Assembly: GCF_004010195.1 (NCBI RefSeq) | Contig: NC_057718.1 | Span: 92,412,765 to 92,476,764 of the forward strand | DNA from: Chiloscyllium plagiosum | Taxonomy: Eukaryota | Length of the DNA: 64,000 nucleotides | Reading direction: 5' to 3' | Part shown: positions 38,120 to 49,986 of the stretch, piece after piece | Numbering within the stretch: position 1 is the stretch's first letter | Layout of the letters: each line of letters begins with the position of its first letter | Program-made: the position numbers and the translations under genes | The notes under the pieces: generated by a model | Seen by the model: only the letters and a program-made list of their open reading frames with translations | What the model was told of the DNA's origin: nothing | The model's database searches: none

Positions 38120-39280
38120 ATTAGGGTCACCTGCCCAAGGACTGCAAGGAGTCCAAAAGTTGCAACAAGTGCAGGGAAGCAGGCCACATGTACAAGGATT
38201 GCCCAAGATCTGGGGCAGGGGGCTACCGCCACTTACACTCAGAGGTGGCAATGTGAGCTGTGGGCCCTCAAAGATTAGAAAGGTGCCACCATCCAGCAAG
38301 GGAATTGAGACAAGAAGCACCCAGAAAGAAGGACAAGTTGGAGTGGAACAAGCAGTAGCCAGCATGGAAGCACAGCAACTGACCCAACCTCCAACTGAAT
38401 AGACTGAGTTAATGGAGGAGGAAGAAACCAAGGAGGTGGAGGAGTGGATACCGGTGAAATACAACAAGAAAAGGAAAATACGTCAGGCGCCCAAGGCCTC
38501 ACAGCAAAGTTGAAAGAGACAGCTGCATGAGGTCGACACCAGCAGCTCCTCTGATGACAAAGAAGGGCAGAAGGACGGTCATCATCAGAAAAAGAGGCAG
38601 AGCACCAGAGGGGAGAAGGGGAGCACCCCCCCCAACCAGGAAACGATGGACCCCCAGAGGGGACTGGTAAAGCCAGCCCCTCACCTAATGAGAATCAGAG
38701 GGTACCCACTGCACCAGAGTTCCAGGCAACTAGAAGCCTCAATCCTCTGACAGTCCCTCTGTCAGACTCAGAGCTGAACTCTGCTGATCCTGTCCTCATC
38801 CTGATGACACCAGCTTGGGGATATGGCCCCAGGGAAGAACTGGACAGCTACATCAGCCCTGCAAGGGTTCAACAGTTCGCCCGCAACACAGGGATGCAGA
38901 CAGTCCCCCCAGTGACAGGAACATTGGTGAATGGATATCGGTCACTTTATAAACTTTAAAATGGGTATTAAAATTACCAGCATTAATGGGTATAGCGTTA
39001 AATCTGCTACAATCTAGGAATACATGCTGAGGACCGCACTAAAGCTTGGAGCAGTTACTGCCAAGGCACAGTGGGGAAAGACCACCGCGTAAGGTTTTTC
39101 TGCCAACGAATAACAGGAATTCATTCAGAAATTGGGCCCTGCTGACACCTCAGCTAAATGCCAAGAGGTTGACTGTAAATACAGAGAATGGTGAACATCA
39201 AGGCTTAATTTGTTCTCTGTAAGTAAAGAGATCTGAATGTACATAAATATTTCTTTCTATGAATAAAGTATATTTTTGCA
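38120..39280 (+). mobile_element. Tx1-clade (L1 group) LINE, internally deleted
   Basis: ORF1 zinc knuckle CNKCREAGHMYKDC (38161-38202). ORF2 start MGIKITSIN at 38961 is joined to the C-terminal ALKLGAVTAKAQWGKTTA*; AATAAA at 39262. Confidence 0.8.
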
Positions 39281-39501
39281 ATTTAAAGGAATCAAGAAAT
39301 AGTAGCAACTAAATTGCATTACCTTGGTATTTTGCACCTAAGTTGCATTATATGTAGATTTCTTTTGGTGTAAGTCCTCAATGTTGAAAAACTAACAATT
39401 CTTATAACTTTTGTCTCAGAATTATTAGTTGCTGGCATTTGCTGTAATAATTACATTTCTGGGTTTTCAATGTCAAGTTTAATTTTAAACTTCTTTTGCA
39501 G

Positions 39502-39666
39502 TACTTGTAATAAGAAAGACAGTGTGAGCAGAAAAAACCTTGATGCCTGTGGAGCAGTTGTTCTTCACCAGCTGAAGGGGTTGTCACAGAGTACTTCAAA
39601 TGGTTGTCTGCTGTCTGAAGAAATTTTGAATAAAGAGTGTGAAGCATTTGATGGAAGCAATAATAG
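39502..39666 (+). CDS. Coding exon (165 bp; TCNKKDSVSRKNLDACGAVVLHQLKGLSQSTSNGCLLSEEILNKECEAFDGSNN)
   Basis: cttcttttgcag acceptor, open frame, TAG|gtaaat donor; phase 2 to 2. Confidence 0.8.
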
Positions 39667-40342
39667 GTAAATGGCTTCAGGAAACCAAATTTGTTTTTAA
39701 AGCTTTTTTGCTGAATGGTTTAATGACTATATTTTTTAAAATTAACTTTACGCATTTGTAAACTAATATTCCTGTTTGCTGAAGTGTTTTTTATTATTAA
39801 CTTTTAATGTTGCATCTGAGTTTGTAAACTCTCAGGTTTGAGTTTGATCTTTGGCTTTTTGCGTCTTTGAAAGTCTAGTAACTCCTTTTTTTATATAATG
39901 TGTTACAGTTGTCTTTTCCTTAACAAAGTCAAGGAGATTAATGCAGAAAAATAATGCCCTTCTGAATTTGCTGATTGCTGTGTAATAGTGGAATAGGTCA
40001 ATATTGTGTCAATAATCTTCAAGCTTACACTAACCAATCCGTTCTACGATTTCTTTTTTTACATGAGTTTGAAGGCATTTTTCTTTGTTTTGTCCCCTTT
40101 ACATAAAGTAGTCTATTTCCAGTCCTCTGCCACCTTCCTGCTAGTAATTGTAAATGCCTCTCAAATATTCTTGCTCAACTTTGTTTCAGTTGAACCCAAT
40201 CTGTACCTAGGAATTTAGATACTTTGAACTCTTATTCTGTCCAGGATTTCCATATTGGTTGTCCTGAACACATTGATTTTGCCAATTCATTCTTTAGGGG
40301 GAGCATGTTGCTCACGTTGACATTTATAAATATTTAGAGGAA

Positions 40343-41146
40343 GTAAACACTGCAGCACAGAGGAACTATGAAGAGCAGAGGAAAATCACCTATACAATGT
40401 ATTAAAAAACAACAGGTATCCAATGAACACAGTCCGCCGATTTCTCAGCAACAAACCCCAACAACAGACAAAACGTGTCCAGAAACTCTAGCCACTCTCC
40501 CCTACATCAAAGACATCTTGGAAATGACTGTCAGAATACTCGGACCTCTTAGCATCTTGGTAGCCCACAAATTCGCCAACACACTAAAACAGCAGCTAAT
40601 AAATTTGAAAGACCCCATACAGACAACAAGTAAAACTAATGTCATTTACAAAGTACCTTGCAAGAACTTTAACAAACACTGCATTGGACAAATAAGCAGA
40701 AAATTAGCCACCAGGATTCATGAACATCAACTAGCCACAAAAAGACATGACCCACTCTCACTCGTATCCTTACATACAGACACCACTTCGACTGGGACAA
40801 CACATCTATCCTGGTTCAAGTCAAACAGAGACACAGATGAGAATTCCGAGAAGCATGGCATTCCAACTGGAATTCTATCAACAAACACATCGACTTGGAC
40901 CCCATTTACCACCCTCTGAGAAACAGAACAGGAAATGACATCACCATAGGAAATGACACCACCAACCCAAGGAAACCTAAACACATAAATAGAAAGCGAG
41001 TCACTAACACCACTGCTTCACTGGAGGCTCACTGATGAAGGTACCTAGTATGGTGATGAAACATGTGAAAATGAACCTTCCTGCTCAGCGAGCAAACTTA
41101 CATCCAGAGCCTCAATCTGAGCTACAAATCTTCTCAAAACTCACTA
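40343..41146 (+). mobile_element. Penelope-like element 3' part (family B)
   Basis: ORF 40368: ATLPYIKDILEMT..NVIYKVPCKNFNKHCIGQISRKLATRIHEH. Degraded hammerhead at 41029-41068; homologous to 36725-37355. Confidence 0.9.
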
Positions 41147-41560
41147 ATGTTCTATACAACCACAACGTGACCTCCCAACTCCAATACTCAATGCTCTGAC
41201 CAATAAAGGAAATCATACCAAATGCCATCTTTACTAACTTGTTTACCAGCAATTCCACTTTCAAGGAACTACGAACCTATACCTCAAGATCTCTTTGTTC
41301 GGCAGTACTCCCCAGAATCTACCTTTAAATATATAAGTCCCTTTACTTGCGAATATCCACCCTCAATCAACTTTTGAAAGTTCTTGCTTAATACCATCAA
41401 AATTGGCCTTCCACCAATTTAGAACTTCAATTATTAGATCAGGCTACCTATTTCCATAACTATTTTAAAACTAATAGAATTATGATCACTGGCCCCAGAG
41501 TGCTCCCTCAGTGACACCTCAATCACTTGCCTTGCCTTATTTCCCAAGAGAAGGTCAAGT
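41147..41560 (-). mobile_element. Two joined HER1/CR1 fragments (internal deletion)
   Basis: Homologous to 28800-28985 and 30300-30510. Confidence 0.8.
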
Positions 41561-41809
41561 TTCATTTAATTGATTGATCAAGGCATTAGTCTGAGGAATG
41601 AATCAAAGAATGCCTGTGGACTGTTTTGCTGAGTTGAAATAAGCGCAGTGTGTGTACATATTTTTTTCTGTCTGTAATTGGCAGGACCCTGTATGTTGAT
41701 ACCTAAATGTAACTGTCCGTGCATGTTAGTGGACCATACTTTGAGCATGCATGGCAAACATAAATTGGTTATCAGTGCAATCCTTAGCATGCTCGAGATT
41801 TTAGGAATG

Positions 41810-42050
41810 TAGAAAATGGGAGCAGGAATGGCCATTCGAACCTTGATTCTGTTCTGCTGTTCATTGTAATCAAGGGTTAATTATTCAGTTCAGAGCTCAA
41901 TCTCTGCTTTCTCCCCATTTTCTTTGATCCCTTTAGCTATAAGCAGTGTATCTAACTTCTTCTTGAAAGCAGTCAATGTTTATCTTCAACTGCTTTCTGG
42001 GGCAGACAATTCCACAGGCATTCCATGCTCTGCGTAAAGAAACTTCTCTG
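41810..42050 (-). mobile_element. Old CR1 3' tail
   Basis: Antisense CR1 3' end (TTTACGCAGAGCATGGAATGCCTGTGGAATT...) and 3' UTR stem region. Confidence 0.7.
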
Positions 42051-42175
42051 TTTAGCAAATAATGGAATCTAATGTTGCGCAATATGTTGTGAAATTTGCA
42101 AACACAAGCCAGTTTACAATGTTCAGTGCCTTGCTAGTTGTAAACAACTGATAAGAAATGCTTCTTTGATACAAT

Positions 42176-42825
42176 AAGACCATAGGAAATAGGAGTGGAA
42201 ATAAGGCCATTCGGCCCATCGAGTCCACTCCAACACTCAATCATGGCTAATGCCACTTACCTGCCCTCTCCCCATATCCCTTAATTCTTTGTGATATAAA
42301 AAATTTATCAATCTCTGCCTTGAAGACATTTAACATCCCAGCCTCCACTGCGCTTCGTGGCATCGAATTCCAGAGGCCCACCGCTCTCTGGCTGAAGAAA
42401 TGTCTCCTCATTTCCATTCTAAATTGAAACTCTCTAATTCTAAGGCTGTGCCCACGGGTCCTAGTATCCCTGCCTTTTGGAAAGACTTTCCCAGCGTTCA
42501 CCCTTTCTAAGCCATAAATTATCTTCTAAGTTTCTATTAGATCTCCCCTCAATCTTCTAAACTCTAATGAATACAATCCCAGGATCCTCAGCCGTTCATC
42601 GTATGTTAGACATACCATTCCAGGGATCATCGTGTGAACCTCTGCTGGACACACTCCAGTGCCAGTATGTCCTTCCTGAGGTGTGGGGCCCAAAACTGGA
42701 CACAGTCTTCCAAATGGGGGTCTAACCAGAGCTTTATAAAGTCTGTAGCACATCACTGTTTTTTCATTCCAACCCTCTTGAGATAAATGACAACATTACA
42801 TTTACTTTCTTAACCACGGACTCAA
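42176..42825 (-). mobile_element. CR1 3' portion
   Basis: Minus ORFs 42526 and 42247 (TRGHSLRIR..FFSQRAVGLWNSMP). Confidence 0.9.
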
Positions 42826-42829
42826 ATGC

Positions 42830-43330
42830 TTGTCTTTGGAACTTACAGCCACACTGAAATTCAATCACCACATTCCTCATATGTATGATGGGCAGAACAT
42901 CTTGTTGGCTTCGTAGAAACATTCTGTCGGTGGCAAACACCACTTGTGTTGCTCCTGAATAGTAATTCTTTGCACACTCTGGATTATTTAGCAAATGGCT
43001 GTCCACTCACAGAATTTCATCCAATGTTGGACACTATTGTGCCTTTTGTTAAGCATGGACTGGTTGGATAAAGTCAATACCTTGCTTGTTGCAGGCAGCT
43101 GAAAGGATGTATTGTTTTGCAGAAGTTTCCCAATTGCTTTGGTTGTGCCTTCATTGCTTTCAGAGTCCTAAGCCAATCCCTGTTGATTGGAAAGTAAGGA
43201 AAGTAAGAGCACAAATGATTCAATATAGTTCAGTTATTTTTGGCTTTGGATTCTGTTGGGTTTATATTCATTATGCGTCTGCGGCACTATGCCTTCCTTT
43301 CCTATACAATGCCTGAGCTGTTCGCAAATG
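42830..43330 (-). mobile_element. Rearranged Penelope-like fragments (GIY-YIG N-terminal region)
   Basis: DVLPIIHMRNVVIEFQCGC and HLLNNPECAKNY in ORF 42764. Confidence 0.6.
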
Positions 43331-43995
43331 CCAGATCAAAATGAGTACTGCTTCTAATTTCCTGAAGGGTGTCATATGCTAAATGTTTTGCCTCTGATTT
43401 TATACTACTTCCATTTCCCCAACTTGTATTTGAAAGTAGTTACCCATTAAAACAATTTCTTTGCTATTATCACATATTCTTATCTCTATCTGTAGCAAGT
43501 TGTTCTGTTATGCTGACTCAGAATGAAATACTGAGTATTCACCTGCATTTGGGATGTTTAGCCAGTTCAGTTCATTTGCTGTTTTTCCCCTCCCATGTAA
43601 TCAAGCTATCTCCCAATTGTCTCTGGTATGTATAACTTGAGCACTGTCTTTTCTGTTCACTACTTTTCCCTTGTGGATTTTTTCTTCCCTTTTTGTATCC
43701 ATTTTCATCCTCTGAATTTTTACCACAACCGCCTGATAACTTATCATTATGGTTTGTGAATTTAATCTTACTTTACATTTGTCTCCTTCCAAGCCTGCCA
43801 ATAGCTGTCTATCCTCGCATATTAGTGTCCATAAACATCTGTTATCTTTGCTGTATCCAGCAATCTAATCTCGAAACCTGTTTCTTCCCTCCCCAGCCAA
43901 ATTCCCACAAGCATTCCTTCCCCATCCCTTACATTACACTAATTTGTTTCTTAGCTGTTTAGAATTTAAGTGCTTCAACTTTTCTGTTACTGCAG

Positions 43996-44149
43996 ATTGT
44001 TAGATTTGCCTGCTGACTCTGCCACATTGTGGGACCGCTGGTACTTGCACATTCTTTCTATGTTGGAACATCAGGTGCTGACCACAGATGAGGCTGCAGA
44101 AATATTTGGACCTTTATTGATTGCAGAAAGCAGTAACAACTCCCAAAAG
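43996..44149 (+). CDS. Coding exon (154 bp; LLDLPADSATLWDRWYLHILSMLEHQVLTTDEAAEIFGPLLIAESSNNSQK)
   Basis: tttctgttactgcag acceptor, AAG|gtacag donor (in-frame alternative donor after 44155); phase 2 to 0. The EIFGPLL motif resembles the RhoGAP C-terminal helix (xxxFGPxL). Confidence 0.85.
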
Positions 44150-44889
44150 GTACAGGTAGCATTGTGATTCACTCAAAAACATACTATGTGAAAAAATTGT
44201 GTGTATGCCAATGTCTTAAATTCTGTGAATACAAGTTGTTGTTACACTTTTTGCATGGATATTTCGTACCAACCTAAATGAATAATTGGAATTTATTGCT
44301 GACAGCAGTCCCATTAGAACGGCACATTGCTTTAGCAATTCGCTGAAATGACTGGATGATTTTCTTGCAGTTTGGTGGCATTTAAGCAGGTCTTGGTTAT
44401 ATGCATTTTTGATATTCTGTAAGTTGGCAAAATAGGTAATGTCCAGCCCTGCTAGGCAACTAGAAAAAATAAAACTATCAGTTACAACTCTAGAGTAACA
44501 GAAGGACTGTATGCACCTGAACTCATTACTGTTCTGCTTTAAAACAAAATTAAAGGGATATGTTCCTTAACTTACCAATTAATAAACTAATAAAATAATT
44601 TAGATTACAAATATTTATATGCTTTTGTCGTTAGCCTGCTAAGCAATCCTATTGACTACATTATGAATGCAGGTGCATGAACTGAATTCAGTCTTGTTTA
44701 TCACCCAGTGTTTTCAGATTGATCCCAATTCATAACTAGAACTCTTTAGGGTACGTACAGCACAGTTTGCCATCCCACTCTTTTCTAGATGGTAGGTGTT
44801 CCTGCAGAAAACAATCTTTAGAAATCACTGAACTGTCAAGAATAGCCCATTTTACACTAATTACATTGTTAATCATCACTGTCTAAGGA

Positions 44890-45120
44890 TATGGATAAGC
44901 CATGCAGGATTGAGGTGAGGAGAAATACCTTCACCCAGAAGGTGGTGAGCCTGTAGAATTCTCTGCCACAAAAAGTGGTTGAGACCAAGGTATTGAATGT
45001 TTCCAAGAAAGAGGTGGATAGGAAAGTGGGAATTGGGTACAAAGTTGGATTGTCAACCACGTTCATATTGAATGGAGAAATAGACTTAAAGTAGAGAATA
45101 GTCTTCTCCTTTCCCATTTT
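44890..45120 (+). mobile_element. CR1 3' fragment
   Basis: GAGGTGAGGAGAAATACCTTCACCCAGAAGGTGGTGAGCCTGTAGAATTCTCTGCCAC motif. Confidence 0.75.
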
Positions 45121-45360
45121 CCATGTAAAAATGCCTCTCTACTTAAGATACAAAATTCTGAATGATAATGTATTACAAATCGTTATCACAATATAGTTAT
45201 TTTTCAAAGTTAATTTATGATATATTAGTTTTTGATGTGTATGCCTCAAGCTTCATTTCATTCTCTGTAAAATTTGAGAAGTGAAGGGAATTGAGCATTT
45301 TATTTTGTGGTTTTTGTAAAAATTCTTTGATGTGATTGACTATTTACCCTGCTTTACAAA

Positions 45361-45565
45361 ACAGCTGAATCTTCTATGACATGATGGTTGTGTTCTTGTG
45401 CAACCCCGCATTATAGAAAAATCGTGCTTTAGAAACAGCGCTTAAAGTGTTGGCGATGTAATCGTGTTACAGCCAACACATGTTTTAAATAGTGTCCTCA
45501 ATTCATCAATCGTGTTGCAGTGAATACGTGTTAATGCAATGTATGTTATAGCAGAACAACCTGTA
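45361..45565. mobile_element. Tigger/pogo-like MITE (second copy, inverted relative to 11488)
   Basis: Shares GCATTATAGAAAAATCGTGCTTTAGAAACAGCG with the 11488 copy; ends GTTATAGCAGAACAACCTG-TA. Confidence 0.7.
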
Positions 45566-45808
45566 CTCGACATCCTCTTGATTTTTGCATCATTCAAACT
45601 AACATTGGGAATGTTGAAACCCATGCCAAAGATCTTTGTGGGCAATTGCTTCAAAGTCAGCACATGGGTTTTTCAACAATTGATAGTAGTTACATGGAGC
45701 TTTTAGGATAATGGTTATTAATTGATGTCAAAATAGTTACATTTTCCTAATTGTTCTGAGACTATGTAGCACTTTCTTTTTCTCTTATCAATTTTAATTG
45801 CTAATCAG

Positions 45809-45971
45809 GCAACCGCATTATTGAAGAAGATCCTTCCAAAAGATATTGAAAAACAGTCTTTTCCAAGCGATGACTCATCTTGCAGCTTACCATCCAGTTT
45901 CAATGATGACTTAGAAATTAAACCAGGAGTTCCTGTGCTGAGCTTTGACCTAAGTATTACCAAACAGCAAG
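45809..45971 (+). CDS. Coding exon (163 bp; ATALLKKILPKDIEKQSFPSDDSSCSLPSSFNDDLEIKPGVPVLSFDLSITKQQ)
   Basis: Long T-rich tract, ctaatcag acceptor, open frame, AAG|gtaggt donor; phase 0 to 1. Confidence 0.8.
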
Positions 45972-47655
45972 GTAGGTTCGGTGTAGAAGCTATCAATTGA
46001 GTGAGTACAGTGTTTAAAAAAATGCAATGTTTAGAAGAATAATATTATAAGTGTCTCAGGTAACTTCTGTGCTACTAAAGCAATGGTGGTATTCCCTGTT
46101 CCCATTCTTCTTTATACACTGCAAGGTAGTAGACATGCTGTTTCTGGGATACCCCATATGTACCTTTGACAGAGTGCTGAGAGGATCACATGTAAGTTGG
46201 GACCTTGGTATGGCTACTTCTGTTCAATAGCCAAAGTATCTGTGTTTGTCCTTTTGGGTCATAATTGCTGTCCACTTTAAACAATCCCATAGTCATGGGG
46301 GAAGGCATTTTTATTATCAGTTTCTATTATGAGACCTTTTGCAATTTTGATCCTCAAAGAGAGCTGTCTTAAGGTTGGCACATGTTCTAAACATACTATC
46401 CAGCCGATAGCAGTTGTGAGGCCCACCTAGGAATTTAACTCTGTAATGAAACCTGGACTGAGATAATTGGCCTCCAACAATCTCAACTATTGTGGAGGGG
46501 TTTCTCTAACCATAGAAGAGTTTTCACTGTTTAATGAGGGTTTTTTAAAAAACTAGATATGGTTAAATGTTGTCTTAATATCGAGGTTAATCACTCTTCA
46601 CTTCTTGTGTTCATATTTAGACCAAAGTTCTAGTGAACCAAATGGCTCTTGATGAGTCCAATCTGAGCATCATTGACCTGGTGATAGTAAGAAAAACATA
46701 GCAGGAACAACTGAGCTATGTGTGCCTTCAGCACATTCTGATTCTATGCCGAGGCTTCAAATGAATCATTTGTTCATTTTTATTTCTGTTCTTGTAATCA
46801 ATTGATACACTTAGTCACTTGTGCGGTCAGATCGTGGGGAAATTAAGGGTCAGTTGCATTGGTCACGCATCTGTTCGACTGGGCCAGGGAAGACTGCCTC
46901 ATGCTCCATATGAGATCAATGAAGCAGTTTGGATTTTACAAAAATCTGGCACAGTTTACTGGTGCCGGCTCTCAAGCTTTTTAAAATGAAATTTAAATTC
47001 TCAAGCTGCCATTGTTGATTTTGAGCACAAATTCAGTACATTTTAAGATCAGGCCTTTGGATGACTGGACTCACAAAGAAACACACAGACTGAACTTAGA
47101 ACCATCAAGGTTACTCATATCTCTTGCACTAACTTGTTTAAAAATGCAGAGATATTAGTTCATTAGTGCATATGAGAACAGTCTAGGAAAATTTGACACG
47201 ACAGGCATACTAATCAAAGTAATTATGAAATGATTTTGTTCGTATTTAAATAGCTTAAGAACTTAAACGTTGCTTAAAGGAGACAAGAAATTGAAGATTT
47301 TCATCATATACTCATCAGGTCTAGGACACGAGGGAGATCTTATTGACAACCTTGTATTTAGATCCTCAGGCATTTACAAAGCTTGATGCTGTGATAAGAT
47401 TTATCAAAATTATTCTGTGTGATAATGACTATCTGACCAAATCATCAGCCCTTGTATATCAAGAAGATTCATGAAAGGACAATGTCGACTATTTATCACC
47501 CAGTCTACCTCAGATTACCCTGGATGGAGAAGATTGTTCAGCTTTTGAAACTAACTGTCTCATGCTGATACTTGCTAGTAAACTCTTGAGTGATTTTCTT
47601 CTCTAATCAGATCCTGTTATCAAGTCAGAAAGGTATTTTCGACCACACGAATGAG

Positions 47656-48880
47656 AAGCCCTTTATCAGGAATGTTGTGGGAGAAAGGGGGCTGAGAGAT
47701 AAATAGGAGGGTGGGGTGAAGTAGCTGGGAAGGCAACAGGTAGATACAGGTGGGGGGGTGTTTGGTGATAGATTGGAGGGGAGGGTGGAGCAGGTAGGTG
47801 GGAAGGAAAATGGACAGGTAGGACAGTTCAAGAGGGCGGTGCCGAGTTGGAGGGTTTGGTTTGGATGAGGTGGGCAAGGGGAGATGAGGAAACTGGTGAA
47901 GTCGACGTTGATGCTGTGTGGTTGGAGGGTCCCAAGGCGGAAGATGAGGCATTTTTCCTCCAGGTGTCAAGTGGCTTGGATTGGCAGTGAAGGCAGCCCA
48001 GGACTTTGCATGCTCTTGGCAGAGTGGGAAGGGAAGTTGAAGTGGTCGGCACATGGCAGTGAAGCTGTTTGGTGCATGTATCCCAGAGATGTTCCCTGAA
48101 ATGTTCCACGGGTTGGCGTCCTGTCTCCCCAATATAGAGCAGACCACATCAAGAGCAATGTACACAGTTGATGAGGTGTTTGGATGTGCAGGAAAATCTC
48201 TGCTGGTTGTGGAAGAAACCTCTGGGGCCTTGAGCGGAGGTGAGGGGAGAGGTGTAGGCGCAGGATTTATACCTCTTGCGGCGGCAAGAGAAGGTACCAA
48301 GGGGGAGGAGGGGCATGGACTTAACATTGGACTTGCGGAGGAAATGGTCTCTGCGGAATGCTGTTAGGGTGAGGATGATATATCTCTGGTGGTTGGGTTT
48401 GATTGTTGGTGGCGGAAATGGTGGAGGATAATGTGCTGTATCTGGAGATTAGTGGGTTGGAAAATGAGGACCGGGGGGTTCTATCCCTGTTGCATTTAGA
48501 GAGGTGTGGTTCAAGGGCAGAGGTGCAGGAGGTGGATCAGATGTGCTGGAGGGCATTGTTGATCACGTGGGAGGGGAAATTGCAGCCCTTGAAATAGGAA
48601 GCTATCTGTGATGTCCTGAAGTGGAATTGCTCCTCCTGGGAGCAGATACAGTGGAGGTGTGAGAATTGGGACTAAGGGATAACATTTTACAAGCGGCGGG
48701 GTGGGAGGAGAAGTAGTCCAGGTAGCAATGGGCATCGGTGGGTTTGAAGTAGACGTCCATGTTGAGTCGGTCACCGGAGATGGAGACAGAGAAGTCCAGG
48801 GAGGGGAGGGATGTGTCCGAGATGGTCCCGGTGAACTTGAGATCAGGGTGGAAGGTGTTCGTGAAGTTGATGAACTATTC
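47656..48880 (-). mobile_element. Penelope-like element (family A): RT C-terminus, GIY-YIG and 3' UTR; 5'-truncated
   Basis: Minus strand FTNTFHPDLKFT..LDFSVSISGDRL..YFKPTDAHCYLDY..SSH, then CGLLYIGETGRQ..EHFREHL; frameshifted. Confidence 0.9.
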
Positions 48881-49046
48881 AATCCCACCCTCCTATTTAT
48901 CTCTTAGCTTCCCCCCCCCCACACCCATTCCTGATGAAGGGCTTATGCCCGAAACGTCAATTCTCGGATGCTGCCTGACCTGTAGTACCTTTCCAGCACC
49001 ACACCTTTTGACTCTGATTTCGAGCATCTGCAGTCCTCACTTTCTC
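48881..49046 (+). mobile_element. Inverted PLE terminal repeat fused to the truncated 5' end of the element
   Basis: CCCACCCTCCTATTTATCTC..ATTCCTGAT.AAGGGCTT is the reverse complement of 47656-47716 and continues to the family end CAGTCCTCACTTTCTC. Confidence 0.9.
48927..48964 (+). ncRNA. Minimal type I hammerhead ribozyme motif, sense to the host intron
   Basis: AUUC-CUGAUGA-A-GGGC-UUAU-GCCC-GAAAC-GUC (predicted cleavage after 48958). First stem I pair is a C-A mismatch. Confidence 0.7.
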
Positions 49047-49672
49047 GTGTTTCAAATTAATCATATACTCTATTCCAAAATGATGGCCCTGATTTTGCAG
49101 TTGTAGTGATGTCAAACCTATCTCAGGTTGCCCTGGGAAGCCAACAACAACTTATGTCTGAACATATTAAATGTGTAAATCCAGGAATTGCCTTGTGATC
49201 CCATTGATTTAGTGCTTAAATTTAACTTTGGGAAAGTTGCCGCAAAGGTTGCTAGACATCTGAGCAGCATTCGTTAATGTCAGTAACAAGAGTTGTTGTT
49301 TTACCTCTGACATACATAAGCTGAACTTATTTTAAAAAATAAATTCAACTGATTTATCTTAGAATGAACAATTGTTAATGCCTTGATGTAGCTCCATAGG
49401 AAAACTGTTCCATAGATTCATCACTTTCTTGCTAAAATATATTTTCTGCAAATTAGCTTTGAATTTATTCCTTGTCAAGTGAGATCATATTCTCAGCTTT
49501 TATTATTCAGTATATAGTGGAATAGCTTGTCATGGTCTATATTAACTGGCATGTGGTGCTATACATAATTTCAGCCTCCTTGGGGTAGAGAGAAGTTGAA
49601 CTATTGACATTCTTATTCTGCTCACCTAAAATTCAAGCTGCAGTCTAAATATCTATGCTGTACGAAATATAT

Positions 49673-49986
49673 GGGTGGCATGGTGGCTCAGTGGTTAGCA
49701 CTGCTGACTCACAGCGCCAGAGACCCAGGTTCGATTCCAGCCTTGGGTGAACGATGTGTGTGGAGTTTGCACATTCTCCCTGCGTCTGCGTGGGTTTTCT
49801 CCGGGTGCTCCTGTTTCCTCCCACAGTCCAACAATGTGCAGGTGAGGTGAATTGGCCATGCTAAATTGCCCATAGTGTTAAATGGATTAGTCAGAGGGAA
49901 ATGGCTCTGGGTGGGTTATTCTTTGGAGGATCGGTGTTGACTTGTTGGGCCGAAGGGCCTGTTTCCACACTGTAGGGAGTCTAATC
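49673..49986 (+). mobile_element. HE1-type V-SINE
   Basis: TGGCTCAGTGG A box, GGTTCGATTCC B box, HE1 body and tail. Confidence 0.92.

Noticed and set aside
42764..43006. 80-aa ORF as a host exon
   Set aside because: A junction of rearranged Penelope fragments and a CR1 piece.
46621..46690. Candidate exon after a good acceptor
   Set aside because: The required phase-1 frame stops after about 10 codons; cannot be told apart from a cryptic site.
47620..48327. Longest ORF in the window (235 aa, proline-rich)
   Set aside because: Mostly an off-frame reading of a C-rich decayed Penelope GIY-YIG region and 3' UTR.
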